A stretch of DNA of 64,000 bases from Candidatus Latescibacterota bacterium (GTDB taxonomy: Bacteria; Latescibacterota; CBDEFO01). Below are positions 18,788 to 29,045 of this stretch, one piece after another. The translations under genes and the position numbers were made by a program. The stretch is taken from positions 1,408,001-1,472,000 of the forward strand of contig CBDEFO010000008.1 in assembly GCA_965237525.1 (NCBI GenBank). The letters are read 5' to 3'. Numbering within the stretch: the first letter of the stretch is position 1; each line of letters starts with the position of its first letter. The notes below the pieces were generated by a model. The model was given only the letters and a program-made list of their open reading frames with translations, was not told the origin of the DNA and did no database searches.

Positions 18788-20089
18788 GGTTGAATATCAA
18801 ATGAAATCGGTGCACCTAATTTGATCTTTGTTTAGAGTATTAGTAGATTAAGTTGAGTTGATTGTCTTAACTTTAATCTACGGAGTCCTATGGACAAAGA
18901 GAGATTGGCCGTATTAAGACAAGAAGTCAACGAGATGTATTTTAAGAAAGAAATGTCAAAGCGAGAAGTTATCAAACAAGCGAGAGTTTCCAATGATTTC
19001 GTTACGGCTTGGACTAAATCTCTGGATCAGGATTTTGCCATGGATAATCGGGGTTGGCCAAAAGGAAAAAGGCGAAAATTGGCTAAAGTTGACGAACAGA
19101 GAATCAAAGAGATTTACCATAGCTTAGAGGACGATCCTTATCAGTTCTATTCAGGAGCCACTGTTATTGAACAAGAATGGAGGAATCGATATTCTAGCAC
19201 CCCTCCTCCGTCGTTGCCGACTATCGGCAGAATGCTTTCAGATTTAGGACTTTCCCAGAGAAGGAAGAAAGGTAAAAACAAGGGTGCATCTCGTTATCTT
19301 TGTTATCCAGAGTATACCATTTACTATCTTTCAGGAGGCAGAGTCCTAGAATCAGACTTTATTGGTAAAAAGTATCTTACCGGCAGAACTGAGCCGGTCA
19401 ACTTCGTTGGATTTTCCTTTAAGAAAGAGCCTAAGTTAAGGTATTTTCGGCGGGTTGACGGTCAAACAGCAACTAACTTTATCGAGAAGTGTCAGTCTTT
19501 CTTTGACAGGTTTGAAAAACCAGATTTCGTTAAGGTGGACAATTGCTCGGCGACTATTGGCAGTGTTTCAGGTAAAAGGAATGTCAGCAAAGCAATGCAG
19601 TTTCTCTTGAAAAATCAAGTGATTCCGATATTTGCCGTTCCCAGAAGGCCCTTTTCTCAAGCATCTATAGAAGGCAACAATTCTGTATTTTCAAGGAAGT
19701 TCTGGAACAGAATTCAGTTCAAAAGCTTACAAGAAGTTGATCAGAAGTTAGAATGGTTTAATCTTTCATCACAGAGATACACCGGCTACCGTCCACCTAA
19801 GCAAGAGAAGTCAAACGAGAAAGATTTCATTCCCAAGACCTATTTTATCAGACAAGTCAAACAGGACACAGAACAGACAGATAAAGCCTTTATCGATGTC
19901 CTAAATGAGAAAGTATCTCTTCCCTCCTCTTACACCAACTACTTTGTCCTGGCTGAATGGAACCTAAAAGAAGAACAATTATACATCCATTTTGAAAAAG
20001 AACAGAAACCAAAGATTGTCGAAAACCTATCATTCAAGATCAATCAAAGATCGAAAGAGAAGTGCACCGATTTCATTTGATAAATAACC
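18788..20089 (+). mobile_element. Insertion sequence of unassigned family, 28-bp TIRs, 6-bp target duplication AGTAGG
   Basis: GGTTGAATATCAAATGAAATCGGTGCAC / GTGCACCGATTTCATTTGATAAATAACC; AGTAGG at 18782-18787 and 20090-20095. Confidence 0.9.
18890..20080 (+). CDS. DDE transposase (integrase-core type)
   Basis: N-terminal HTH, ESDFIG / KVDN / SIEGNN triad; enclosed by TIRs. Confidence 0.85.
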   Translation: MDKERLAVLRQEVNEMYFKKEMSKREVIKQARVSNDFVTAWTKSLDQDFAMDNRGWPKGKRRKLAKVDEQRIKEIYHSLEDDPYQFYSGATVIEQEWRNRYSSTPPPSLPTIGRMLSDLGLSQRRKKGKNKGASRYLCYPEYTIYYLSGGRVLESDFIGKKYLTGRTEPVNFVGFSFKKEPKLRYFRRVDGQTATNFIEKCQSFFDRFEKPDFVKVDNCSATIGSVSGKRNVSKAMQFLLKNQVIPIFAVPRRPFSQASIEGNNSVFSRKFWNRIQFKSLQEVDQKLEWFNLSSQRYTGYRPPKQEKSNEKDFIPKTYFIRQVKQDTEQTDKAFIDVLNEKVSLPSSYTNYFVLAEWNLKEEQLYIHFEKEQKPKIVENLSFKINQRSKEKCTDFI

Positions 20090-20166
20090 AGTAGGTAGTA
20101 GACAGTAGACAGGGCAACCCCCCGTCCCCATTTCAAGCTAATGAATAGAACTCATAGATTACAATA

Positions 20167-20195
20167 AATATACTATCTACACATCGGAAAGTCAA
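20167..20195 (-). promoter_or_regulatory. sigma70-type promoter pointing toward M23-bactofilin, now separated from it by the IS
   Basis: TTGACT-N17-TATATT on the minus strand. Confidence 0.55.
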
Positions 20196-20675
20196 TTGTT
20201 TTTGCATTAAGACTGCCCGTTATGGACATCTGATACAAATTCCCCAAGTCTCATAGTAGCTCAGTTACGGGTCACTTTGGGGTCTCTCGAAGGGTTTCAC
20301 AGTAGAGGGGCACATAGACCTCATCTCATGGAACACACCCTGAGGGGAACTGTCCAAGTCGTTATTGTTGGCTCTCATAAGTACGGTTCAATAGCTAAAG
20401 GTACGATAAACGCTCTTTTTGTTCAGTTTCCGATACATAAGGGCATCCCTTACATAGACACCCGTTGCAGCAGTCTGCGCCCGATTCTGCTCACATCCAA
20501 TAGCTTGGGCATCGTCTCCAGTGGATCGTATCATGACGCAACCTCGTTATGCTTCTGCCTGATCCTCGCTCTGTCCTGATTCTCCGTTTCAACACATAGG
20601 TACCCAACGTCTAACACCTTAACTCACTCGGAAGAGCCGAATTAAACCTGCTACGGACCGAGATCACCGCTACTA

Positions 20676-21692
20676 TCAAATGCCCTTCACGCGTTCGATA
20701 AGTTGATTCAGCGGCTCCCTGAGCGAACTGAGTGCAAGCGACCGATGCTCCCTTCGGATGTGAACTCGGCTTCCTTCATTTATGATCTTATATGAAAATG
20801 AGAACTTACCTCTCTCTTGCGCCCACCCGCCGAATTGGCCGAATCTCAAGTCGTTAAAATAGTTAAAACCGCCTTTTGTGGTAATAGAGTAATATCTTTT
20901 GGAGACCCAAATGAGCCGATCTACTGCCCGTTGATGTCTTATACGCTCAATGAGATGATCGTTCTTCTTAATGTATCCCAAAGTAATATCCTTATTGCTA
21001 TCCAGCAGAGAGTAGTGTCCCACCCAGAAACCATTTTCGTCTTCAAACACACCACTCCAGAGGATATTATTTAACGGAGTCGGCGTCGTAAAGTATCTGT
21101 CATACGAGATGTTCTGTCTTGCAAGCGACACTTCAAATACCGAGTTCACATAGAATTTGTTGATAACCGTAAAGATGAGATATAAACTGCTTAACCCGAG
21201 TCCGATATAGTTCAATATCCGTCTCTTCTTAGATGTCCGTCTGAGGAACATCACCATAATCACACATAGCAAAAATGGCACAGTATATAGAGGATCGATA
21301 ATAAAAATAGTGTTGAAAGCTACGCGATATTCACTAAACGGTTCAAAAAGCTGTGTGCCGTAAGTTGTAAAACAATCCAACATTGGATGCGTGATTATCG
21401 AACAGAAGGTTAATTTCGTCCATTCACTCCAGGTAGCCTCCTTTCTACCGTGAATTCTAATTGTCAAATACGCCAGGAGAGGTGCAAAGAGTATTGCAAA
21501 TGCGATAGAATGAGAATATCCCCTGTGGGATGTCAACCTCTGGACAGAATCCAAAAAAGGCATTGCCAGGATATCCAAATCGGGGATCGCTGCGGCGACT
21601 CCGCCCCAGAGGATAGCTTTGTTCCCAACTTTTCTACCTAAAACCGCTTCGCCGACCCCCGCGCCGAGTGTGATTTGGGTTAAAGTGTCCAT
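20676..21692 (-). CDS. Inner-membrane metal-dependent hydrolase (YbcI/YfhP-like)
   Basis: MDTLTQ, PDLD, HRGYSHS, THPMLDCFTTYGTQ, DLRFG. Confidence 0.88.
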   Translation of the reverse strand: MDTLTQITLGAGVGEAVLGRKVGNKAILWGGVAAAIPDLDILAMPFLDSVQRLTSHRGYSHSIAFAILFAPLLAYLTIRIHGRKEATWSEWTKLTFCSIITHPMLDCFTTYGTQLFEPFSEYRVAFNTIFIIDPLYTVPFLLCVIMVMFLRRTSKKRRILNYIGLGLSSLYLIFTVINKFYVNSVFEVSLARQNISYDRYFTTPTPLNNILWSGVFEDENGFWVGHYSLLDSNKDITLGYIKKNDHLIERIRHQRAVDRLIWVSKRYYSITTKGGFNYFNDLRFGQFGGWAQERGKFSFSYKIINEGSRVHIRREHRSLALSSLREPLNQLIERVKGI

Positions 21693-21721
21693 GCTTTGGT
21701 TTTACGAAAGTCTCCAGAGCA

Positions 21722-22531
21722 TCAGGGCTTGTCCTCATCATGCAGCCATCGGACTCCTCCGGGCCATCCCCGAATGGACATCTGTAGGAGAGACCAGTAG
21801 TAGCCGTTGACCGGACTTATCGTGTAGTCGCAGTCTTCTCGGTCCCAGACAGAATAGTTCGCGATAGCTGTATTTCTGAATTGACTTAACCTGCTACCCA
21901 AATCTTGATGACTCCTCCATTCCGCTTCGATCAGATTAGGCTGATTCCTCAACTCCCATGTCGAAACTGGTTTCCCCTCCGAATCCCTGTAGATCAAGCC
22001 ATGCGTCGGGTCTACCGCTCCCCAGATACCGCTTCGATTCACCTCGATGATCTGGTGTCCGCTGTACGCCATGTCCGTGTCGTATATCATAATCAAACGC
22101 GCCGGGAATCCTGCCACCTGACAGAGAGCACATCCAACCCTCGCCAAATCGGTGCACCAGTCAGAGCCGCGATGGATGATCTGCTCCTCAGTCCCTCCGA
22201 ATCGCATCTCGTCCAGTTCATCGCTTACGCTCTTTCCCAGGTCAGAGCAGAATCTGGCAATCTTTTCAACCCGTTCCTCATCCGAACCGCACTCAGCCAT
22301 TGCCTCCTCCACATAGCATTCTAACTCGGGTCGCGAACCCCTTTGGTACCTCACCTGTGTTGACGTGTATTCTCCGTAAAGATAAGCGGCGGTTTGGGGA
22401 CACAGTCGAATCATGAGTGCTGCTAAGGCACGATCTACTGAACCGGGGGCATGGGTATCGTTTTCCAGCATGATCTGATACGCACGGTCGAATTGACCGA
22501 TGCCCTGGTAGAAAGAGAAATCTATCATCAA
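21722..22531 (-). CDS. Transglutaminase-like domain protein
   Basis: WCTDLAR..GFPARL..GHQIIEV..WGAVDPT Cys-His-Asp triad. Confidence 0.8.
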   Translation of the reverse strand: MMIDFSFYQGIGQFDRAYQIMLENDTHAPGSVDRALAALMIRLCPQTAAYLYGEYTSTQVRYQRGSRPELECYVEEAMAECGSDEERVEKIARFCSDLGKSVSDELDEMRFGGTEEQIIHRGSDWCTDLARVGCALCQVAGFPARLIMIYDTDMAYSGHQIIEVNRSGIWGAVDPTHGLIYRDSEGKPVSTWELRNQPNLIEAEWRSHQDLGSRLSQFRNTAIANYSVWDREDCDYTISPVNGYYWSLLQMSIRGWPGGVRWLHDEDKP

Positions 22532-22537
22532 ACTTTC

Positions 22538-22954
22538 TCACTCTCCCATCACCTGAACGAAAAGTTTCCGCAAGCGCGGGCGATTATCATGATCAATCAG
22601 GACAATTTGCTGCCAAGTTCCCAGAACGACGGCACCTCCGGAGACCGGCGCTGTGATCCCAGGTCCCATAAATGTCGCACGAATATGGGAGAAACCGTTG
22701 TCGTCCCCCCATGTTTCGGAATGACGGCTGTGTAGAGTTCTTGGCACAATCTTTTCTAACTGTTCCTTTACATCTTCAACCAATGCAGGTTCGTACTCGA
22801 TCGTAGAAATTGAGGCAGTGGAGCCTACCACGAAGATATTAACCAAGCCATTTTCGATTTTGGATTTTGAAACAATCTTCTGAACTTCATCGGTGATATT
22901 TTTGATATCTGAATATCCCTCGGATTGAATCGAAAAACTCTCCCCAAAGACCAT
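22538..22954 (-). CDS. yjbQ: YjbQ/UPF0047 family protein
   Basis: NGFSHIRA, LGTWQQI; likely start MVFGESF. Confidence 0.88.
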   Translation of the reverse strand: MVFGESFSIQSEGYSDIKNITDEVQKIVSKSKIENGLVNIFVVGSTASISTIEYEPALVEDVKEQLEKIVPRTLHSRHSETWGDDNGFSHIRATFMGPGITAPVSGGAVVLGTWQQIVLIDHDNRPRLRKLFVQVMGE

Positions 22955-23416
22955 TTTCCCCTCCTTAAAATGTGCGTGACTCTGTGCAGGCAGTTTGTCA
23001 GTTCTCGTTCCACACTGCTGCAAATCGACACGACCTCAGTAACCCGCGTGAATATCCGCTACGTGCACGAACGTCCAAAGGGGCGCTCTCTTGCCCCCCT
23101 TTCTTTCCCACGAAACGTTCTTCGCCCACCTTACTGGTGGCTTCTTGCCTCCCGCAGCAAAGGGGCCACACAACCCACTTCGTCACTTGCCGGCACTCCG
23201 TGATCCTTAGGAAAAGTACCGGAAGCAGCGCACACGCAGCGACCACACCGGCTTTTGAGGGAGACCCCTGGCAGGTTGATTTCTATTCAAGGTCCAAAAT
23301 GCGAAGGGCTTTGTAGCGACAGGGTGGTGTTAAATGACGGGGAGGTCTATAGATCGCAGAACGACAATGAGGCGACAGACTACGTCTCCCAATAGAACTT
23401 AGGTTCTTTTTGCTTT

Positions 23417-23668
23417 TTATTCAACAGCAGGCTCTTCGCTCACCGGAGTGACCATGCAGGTACAGCGTGTGAATCCCGGAAGGAGGAATTTGTTGACTAC
23501 GTTCAGGCTGTCCGCCTCCACGACGTAGTAGATCACGTGCTCGGCAAAGGCTCCATATCTCGCTCGGATCTTAACACCTTCCACATTGGGGTCATACAGT
23601 ATCTTTGAACCGCCTTCGTCTCTGGGACAGCTCTCGGGAGCGTGGGTCTGCGTGATATGAAATAGCAT
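23417..23668 (-). CDS. Small ferredoxin-like-fold hypothetical protein (DUF3303/GYD-like)
   Basis: AGGAGG RBS; THAPESCP, HVIYYVVEADS, VTPV. Confidence 0.65.
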   Translation of the reverse strand: MLFHITQTHAPESCPRDEGGSKILYDPNVEGVKIRARYGAFAEHVIYYVVEADSLNVVNKFLLPGFTRCTCMVTPVSEEPAVE

Positions 23669-23968
23669 CTTACACCTCCTTTGAAAGATGGGTTGAGTTG
23701 CTGAAACGTAAAAGCCGCCTGCCCTGACAGCCACGGGAGCCGTCCCAAGACAGGCGACCGTTATATAAATCGATCAGATTCGCAGCAAGGTCTTCATATT
23801 CGTCTATAGGGTCTTTCTTATATCCGCTGACATAACTTATTTAGACCTTAACAGTTGCATTCAGCTTGTGCATACTGATCCCCCCTTGTCCTTTAACTGA
23901 GCAGACAAGCACAGAGCCATGACAAGCTACAGACTAACAAGGAACCTCACTTCAGACTCCAGTAAATT

Positions 23969-24232
23969 CTAATCATCATCATCATCATCATCACCCGGAG
24001 GTGGCGGAGGCGGTGGAGGAACGTTAGAAACTCTCCCTTTACCTTTACCTTTACCCTTACCTTTAGCGTTGGCTTCGGCAGGCTCGTCCAAGACGAACGT
24101 CAGTATGACAGGCGCTACGTACGGCAAGAGGACGACGCCTGTCTTTATAAACTTTCGGCGACTGCTCGACTTGTTCGTCCCTTTGCTCTGATCGGAACTC
24201 TCCTCTTCAGTCCCCTGTAAGTCCTTATCCAT
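23969..24232 (-). CDS. Small Tat-signal-like low-complexity protein
   Basis: GGGAGG RBS; SRRKFIK..YVAPVILT..AEA, then (KG)n, poly-P, poly-D. Confidence 0.7.
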   Translation of the reverse strand: MDKDLQGTEEESSDQSKGTNKSSSRRKFIKTGVVLLPYVAPVILTFVLDEPAEANAKGKGKGKGKGRVSNVPPPPPPPPGDDDDDDD

Positions 24233-24377
24233 ATTTAGCCTCCCAATACGGTTTCACACATTGCAACATATTCCTGTTCCTGTAAGAGCAAAAACATCCT
24301 TATCAGGCCATAAGTTAAGTGAAAATCGAAGAATTTCGAACCTTACTACCCAGAAATAATGCTCGAACCTTGAGTAC

Positions 24378-24405
24378 AATATAAGAATAAGAGACATATT
24401 GTCAA
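24378..24405 (-). promoter_or_regulatory. sigma70-type promoter for the small Tat-like gene
   Basis: TTGACA-N16-TATATT on the minus strand. Confidence 0.55.
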
Positions 24406-24810
24406 GGGAAAATGGCACTGTTGCTTTTTGATTGATTTTTACGCTTCCCTTTCGAAGTTCAAACTATATGTAGTGCTATAGTAGTACTAAGATCGAACTA
24501 TTCAAACTTTTGTTCAGTGACCCTGGTCACATTTTCATTAAGACAAGTTGCATCAAAATTCTATTTTCCCCTGTGCGCCCGGGTCTTACGTGCAACACAT
24601 GTTTAGAGCAACTACTAGTAGAAGGTCCTTAAGTTCAAAAGGGGAGCATTTGTTGTATTTGAGGAGATCACCCAACTGGAGTTTCTCACTGTTCAATTTT
24701 GCCATAATAACTGGAAAGGACCAAACAAAAAACGGTTGCTTTAAAGCAGAAATTAACGTATTTTTGATATAGGAAAGGAACATTGCAATATTCTTATACT
24801 CTTCGAGGAG

Positions 24811-25521
24811 ATGATCATTGTGATCAAGGCTGTGATATTTGACCTGGACAATACGTTAGTGGACTTTATGCGGATGAAGGAGAACTCCGTAGATGCGGCC
24901 TGTGACGCTATGATCGACGCGGGGCTTAATATGCCTAAAGAGCAGGTAAGGGAAGAACTCTACAGGATATACGACGAGAAGGGGATCGAGTTTCAAAATG
25001 TCTTCGACGATTTCTTGACCGAAACGTTGGGAGAAATCGATTATAAGATTCACGCTGCGGGGATTGTGGCCTACAGGAGAGCAAGGGAGGCGGCGCTGGT
25101 GCTCTATCCTCACGTGAACTCGACGCTTATGGAATTGGCAAAGCTAGGAATAAAGCTTGCCGTGCTCTCTGATGCGCCTCGCCTCCAGGCATGGCTTCGA
25201 CTCTGCCAGCTTCAACTTCATCACACTTTTGACTCTGTAATCACATTCGACGATACGGGGGTGACCAAACCTCATCCCGTTCCCTTCAAAAAGGCCCTTG
25301 AGCTTTTGAGTATCGAGCCTGATGAGGCCTTGATGGTGGGAGATTGGCCCGAGAGGGACATGGTAGGAGCACACAGCGTTGGCATAAAGACTGTCTTTGC
25401 ACGGTACGGTGACACCTTCGACGGCAAGGATGCCGGAGCTGATTATGACATAGATGATATCAGCCAGATCGTAGACATTGTAGAAAAAGAGAATAGAAGT
25501 GGAGCGCCCACGGCAAGTTGA
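24811..25521 (+). CDS. HAD-superfamily hydrolase, subfamily IA
   Basis: FDLDNTL, KPHP, MVGDWPERDMVGA. Confidence 0.92.
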   Translation: MIIVIKAVIFDLDNTLVDFMRMKENSVDAACDAMIDAGLNMPKEQVREELYRIYDEKGIEFQNVFDDFLTETLGEIDYKIHAAGIVAYRRAREAALVLYPHVNSTLMELAKLGIKLAVLSDAPRLQAWLRLCQLQLHHTFDSVITFDDTGVTKPHPVPFKKALELLSIEPDEALMVGDWPERDMVGAHSVGIKTVFARYGDTFDGKDAGADYDIDDISQIVDIVEKENRSGAPTAS

Positions 25522-25907
25522 CTTTGATGAACAATTCCATAGGCATAGACATCGCAGAGGTTAAAAGGATCAAAGACCTCGTCCAAAGATGGGAAGGTAG
25601 GTTCGTAAATCGCGTATTCACACAAAATGAAGCAGAGTATTGTTTCAAAAAGGGCGAAGTCTATAGATCATTAGCAGCTCGTTTCGCAGCCAAGGAGGCG
25701 GCGTTTAAGGCTTTAGGGAGTGGATGGGGACAGGGAGTCGGATGGAAAGATGTGGAAATTGTAAGCAAAAATGGTTCTAAACCGCAAATGGTGTTCCACG
25801 GCAGGGCAAAAGAGATGGTCGGAAATAGAGAAGTAACGATGAGCCTTTCTCACACCGAAAACTACGCCGTCGCCGTGGTGCTTATTCAAAATGTCCAGGA
25901 AAGATGA
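25518..25907 (+). CDS. acpS: Holo-[acyl-carrier-protein] synthase
   Basis: IGIDIAEV, RFAAKEAAFKALG, SLSHT. Confidence 0.95.
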   Translation: MTLMNNSIGIDIAEVKRIKDLVQRWEGRFVNRVFTQNEAEYCFKKGEVYRSLAARFAAKEAAFKALGSGWGQGVGWKDVEIVSKNGSKPQMVFHGRAKEMVGNREVTMSLSHTENYAVAVVLIQNVQER

Positions 25908-25943
25908 GATTATAAGTATTCGGACATTGTATCTTATCTGTCT

Positions 25944-26768
25944 GTGAAACAGACCTATAACCCGAGAAGGAGGTGGGGTGTCGTGACCGACGACGAAAAG
26001 TATTTGTTCGACCTGACGGGTTATCTCATCATCCCAGAGGTGCTGACGTCCGAGGAGGTGGAGTCCTGCAACACCGCCATCGATCATCACATTGACCAGC
26101 TTACGGAGTACCCCAGATCGCTGGCGTTTGAGTCTAATACATTGGCAGGTAGTTCACACCGGAAGGATATTGGTGGAATGCTGGCATGGGAGCGTCCATG
26201 GTGTGAACCGTTCCGGGACATTCTGGTGCACCCGCGCATCGTGCCCTACTTCAATGTCATCCTGGGAGAGGGCTATCGGCTGGATCATGGGCCAGGCGTA
26301 ATTGCGATGGACGAGGGCACCGAGGGCCACTGCCTGCACGGCGGTGGTGTAGAGTGCTCCAACTTTTCGCAGGCTTACTCCTTCAAGAACGGGTGCATCT
26401 ACTGCGGGCTAACAGTTGTGGAGTTTATGCTGGCAGACGAAGGGCCGGGAGATGGCGGACTGGCGTTAATTCCGGGCAGCCACAAGGCGAACCTCCCCTG
26501 CCCGCAGAACTTGAAGTTTTATGAGAGGTATCAGCAGTATGTGATGGAGGCCCACGCTAAAGCAGGCGACGCGGTGATCTTTACGGAGGCCCTGACGCAC
26601 GGCGCGCTGCCGTGGAAGGGCAAGCACCAGCGCCGCGCGCTGCTTTACAAGTTCAGTCCGGGGTTTCAGGCTTACGGCAAGTACGCCCACGAAATTTCAT
26701 TCCCCGACTATATTCTGGACATGACAGAGGAGCAGCGTGCAGTGATAGAGCCGCCGCACATCCGCTGA
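25944..26768 (+). CDS. Phytanoyl-CoA dioxygenase (PhyH) family Fe(II)/2OG enzyme
   Basis: KYLFDLTGYL, LHGG, IPGSHK, AGDAVIFTEALTHG, RRALLY. Confidence 0.88.
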   Translation: MKQTYNPRRRWGVVTDDEKYLFDLTGYLIIPEVLTSEEVESCNTAIDHHIDQLTEYPRSLAFESNTLAGSSHRKDIGGMLAWERPWCEPFRDILVHPRIVPYFNVILGEGYRLDHGPGVIAMDEGTEGHCLHGGGVECSNFSQAYSFKNGCIYCGLTVVEFMLADEGPGDGGLALIPGSHKANLPCPQNLKFYERYQQYVMEAHAKAGDAVIFTEALTHGALPWKGKHQRRALLYKFSPGFQAYGKYAHEISFPDYILDMTEEQRAVIEPPHIR

Positions 26769-26846
26769 TGATGCATATAAAAAGCGTATAAGTTGTTCCT
26801 ATATACCTACTTATAGTGTTTTACATTTTCCCAAGGGCAATCAGAC

Positions 26847-28456
26847 GTGAAGCTGGTGACAGGAAAACAGATGGCAAATATAGACAGGCGATCCATAGTG
26901 GGTATGGGAGTTTTGGGACTGGACCTTATGGAAAGGGCGGGCCAGGGAGTATACAGGGCTGTGGAGGATATTTTAAGCGATGTGAGAGACAAGAAAGCCG
27001 TCATAGTGTGCGGAAAAGGAAATAACGGGGGGGACGGATTTGTGGTGGGAAGACTGCTTAGGGAGAACGGAGCTAATCCATCTGCGTTTCTGCTTGGCAA
27101 AGTGGGGGAAGTTAAGGGAGATGCTCTGACGAATCTGAAAAGGGCTGCTGATCTGGATGTGGATATTGAGGAAGTTGTGGAGCCAGAGGCTACCAGAGCC
27201 TTAAAGGACGCGCTCGAAGATGCAGACGTAGTCATAGATGGCATATTCGGGACGGGAATAAAGGGCGAGGTAACGGGTCTTGCGGCTTATGCAATAGAGT
27301 CTATAAATAGCAGCGGAAAGCCTGTGGTAGCTGTAGATGTACCGTCGGGGTTGGATGCAGACACCGGAAAATTTGAAGGGATGTGCGTGAGTGCCAACAT
27401 TACTGTCACATTCGGGCTTCCGAAAGTGGGTCACTTCTTCTATCCGGGGAGAGGTTTATGCGGGGAATTGAGGGTCGTGGACATAGGTCTCCCCGTGGCG
27501 GAGATACAGCAGGAGGAACCTTTTCTTCATCTGATCGAACCTCTGGATGTGGCAAAGATTATGCCCGTTCGGGCGCCAGATGCTCACAAAGGAGACTGCG
27601 GAAGAGTTGCGGTAGTAGCCGGGTCATTGGGAATGACGGGAGCGGCGGCGTTGACTTCCACGTCTGCGGTCAGGATGGGCGCAGGGCTTGTGACGCTCGG
27701 AATCCCTGAGGGATTAAACGATATTATGGAGGTCAAGCTGACAGAAGTGATGACCAGGCCCCTTCCACAGGTTAGAAAGCGCAGATGCCTGGCCTTGAGG
27801 GCCCTGGGCGAAATCAGAAGGATGCTGAAAGGAGCAGATTGTTTGGCGTTGGGTCCCGGCATCTCGACGTACAGAGAGACGGTCGAATTGGTAAAAAGGA
27901 TAGTAAGCGACCTGCACATCCCTGCTGTAATAGATGCCGATGGGCTTAACGCTTTAAGCGGTGACCCCTCGCCACTGAAAGAGGCAAAAGCCTCTATAGT
28001 TATCACACCCCATCCGGGGGAATTCAGAAGATTGACAGCGGGAAAACTTGAAGATTATCAGGTGGATAGAATAGATACGGCTCGATCCTTCGCCTGTAAG
28101 TTCAACGTTACAGTAGTTCTAAAGGGTGTTCCGACTCTGGTGGCTCGGCCCGATGGCAGCGTGTTTGTAAATTCCTCGGGAAACGCTGGAATGGCCACAG
28201 GGGGCTCGGGAGACGTACTGACGGGAGTCATTGCCGCCATAATCGGAGGTGGAGTTGATCCTCCAAACGCTGCAGTTGCGGGAGTCTATCTGCACGGTCT
28301 TGCTGGAGATCTTGCTGCAGATGTCAAGGAGATTTGGGGCTTAGGGCCGGAGATATTGTGGATTTTCTTCCCGATGCGACCCAAGAGGTATATGGAATAT
28401 TAAAATCGAATCCGAATCCAGATTGGGGAGTTAAAATGTATGGACGCACTTCGTAA
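26847..28456 (+). CDS. nnr: Bifunctional NAD(P)H-hydrate epimerase/dehydratase, with an apparent frameshift near 28345
   Basis: GKGNNGGDG, DVPSG, HKG, DADGLN, TPHPGEF, ATGGSGDVL; the expected AGDIVDFLP tail lies in a shifted frame ending at 28456 (ORF stop 28403). Confidence 0.92.
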
Positions 28457-28521
28457 CCTTGCCTCTTCTCTTGCGTTATACTACATTATGATAGTTATGC
28501 TTATCCTTACGGAGTTCAAAT

Positions 28522-29040
28522 ATGAATAGAGTCAGAGATGCTATTGACGAGATGATTGAAGAATCATATCTTCTGGGGTTGACGGATGAGGAGATATGGG
28601 ACGACCTGACCCTGTTTTTATCCTGCTGCGAAAGGGTAATAAAAAGAGAGGTCAAGGACAAAGAGACGATCAATCTCCTTGAGAAGAAGTTGTCCTCCGT
28701 AAGGGTCAGCACTCTGATCAAGAACAAGTTTGATCCTAACGAGTCAAAGAGTACGTTAAAGGAAGATGGTACCTTAAAGTCTTCTCACGAAGTCCTGGCC
28801 GAAAGAGTGTCTCTAAATAAAAGACTGATCTTAGAGGCCTTTGGCAAGTGCGATCTTAAATTCGTGAGTATGATCGAGTCAGAACGATACCGTGCGAGCC
28901 CACAGCCCGGCGCCTCCAAGCGGAAAAGGGGAAGGTACACCGGAGGGGTCAAGCTGTGGGCTTACAAGGTAATCTATATAGCGGCTGTGGTTGCTCTCTT
29001 TCTGCTTATTTACCTGATCCTGATACAATTGTGGCGATAG
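28522..29040 (+). CDS. Hypothetical protein with a C-terminal membrane anchor
   Basis: 172-aa ORF in operon orientation with a hydrophobic C-terminus. Confidence 0.6.
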   Translation: MNRVRDAIDEMIEESYLLGLTDEEIWDDLTLFLSCCERVIKREVKDKETINLLEKKLSSVRVSTLIKNKFDPNESKSTLKEDGTLKSSHEVLAERVSLNKRLILEAFGKCDLKFVSMIESERYRASPQPGASKRKRGRYTGGVKLWAYKVIYIAAVVALFLLIYLILIQLWR

Positions 29041-29045
29041 CTTCT

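Noticed and set aside
20200..20660. 100-aa ORF or cassette remnant
   Set aside because: No RBS or motif support; AAC boxes lack a convincing paired stem
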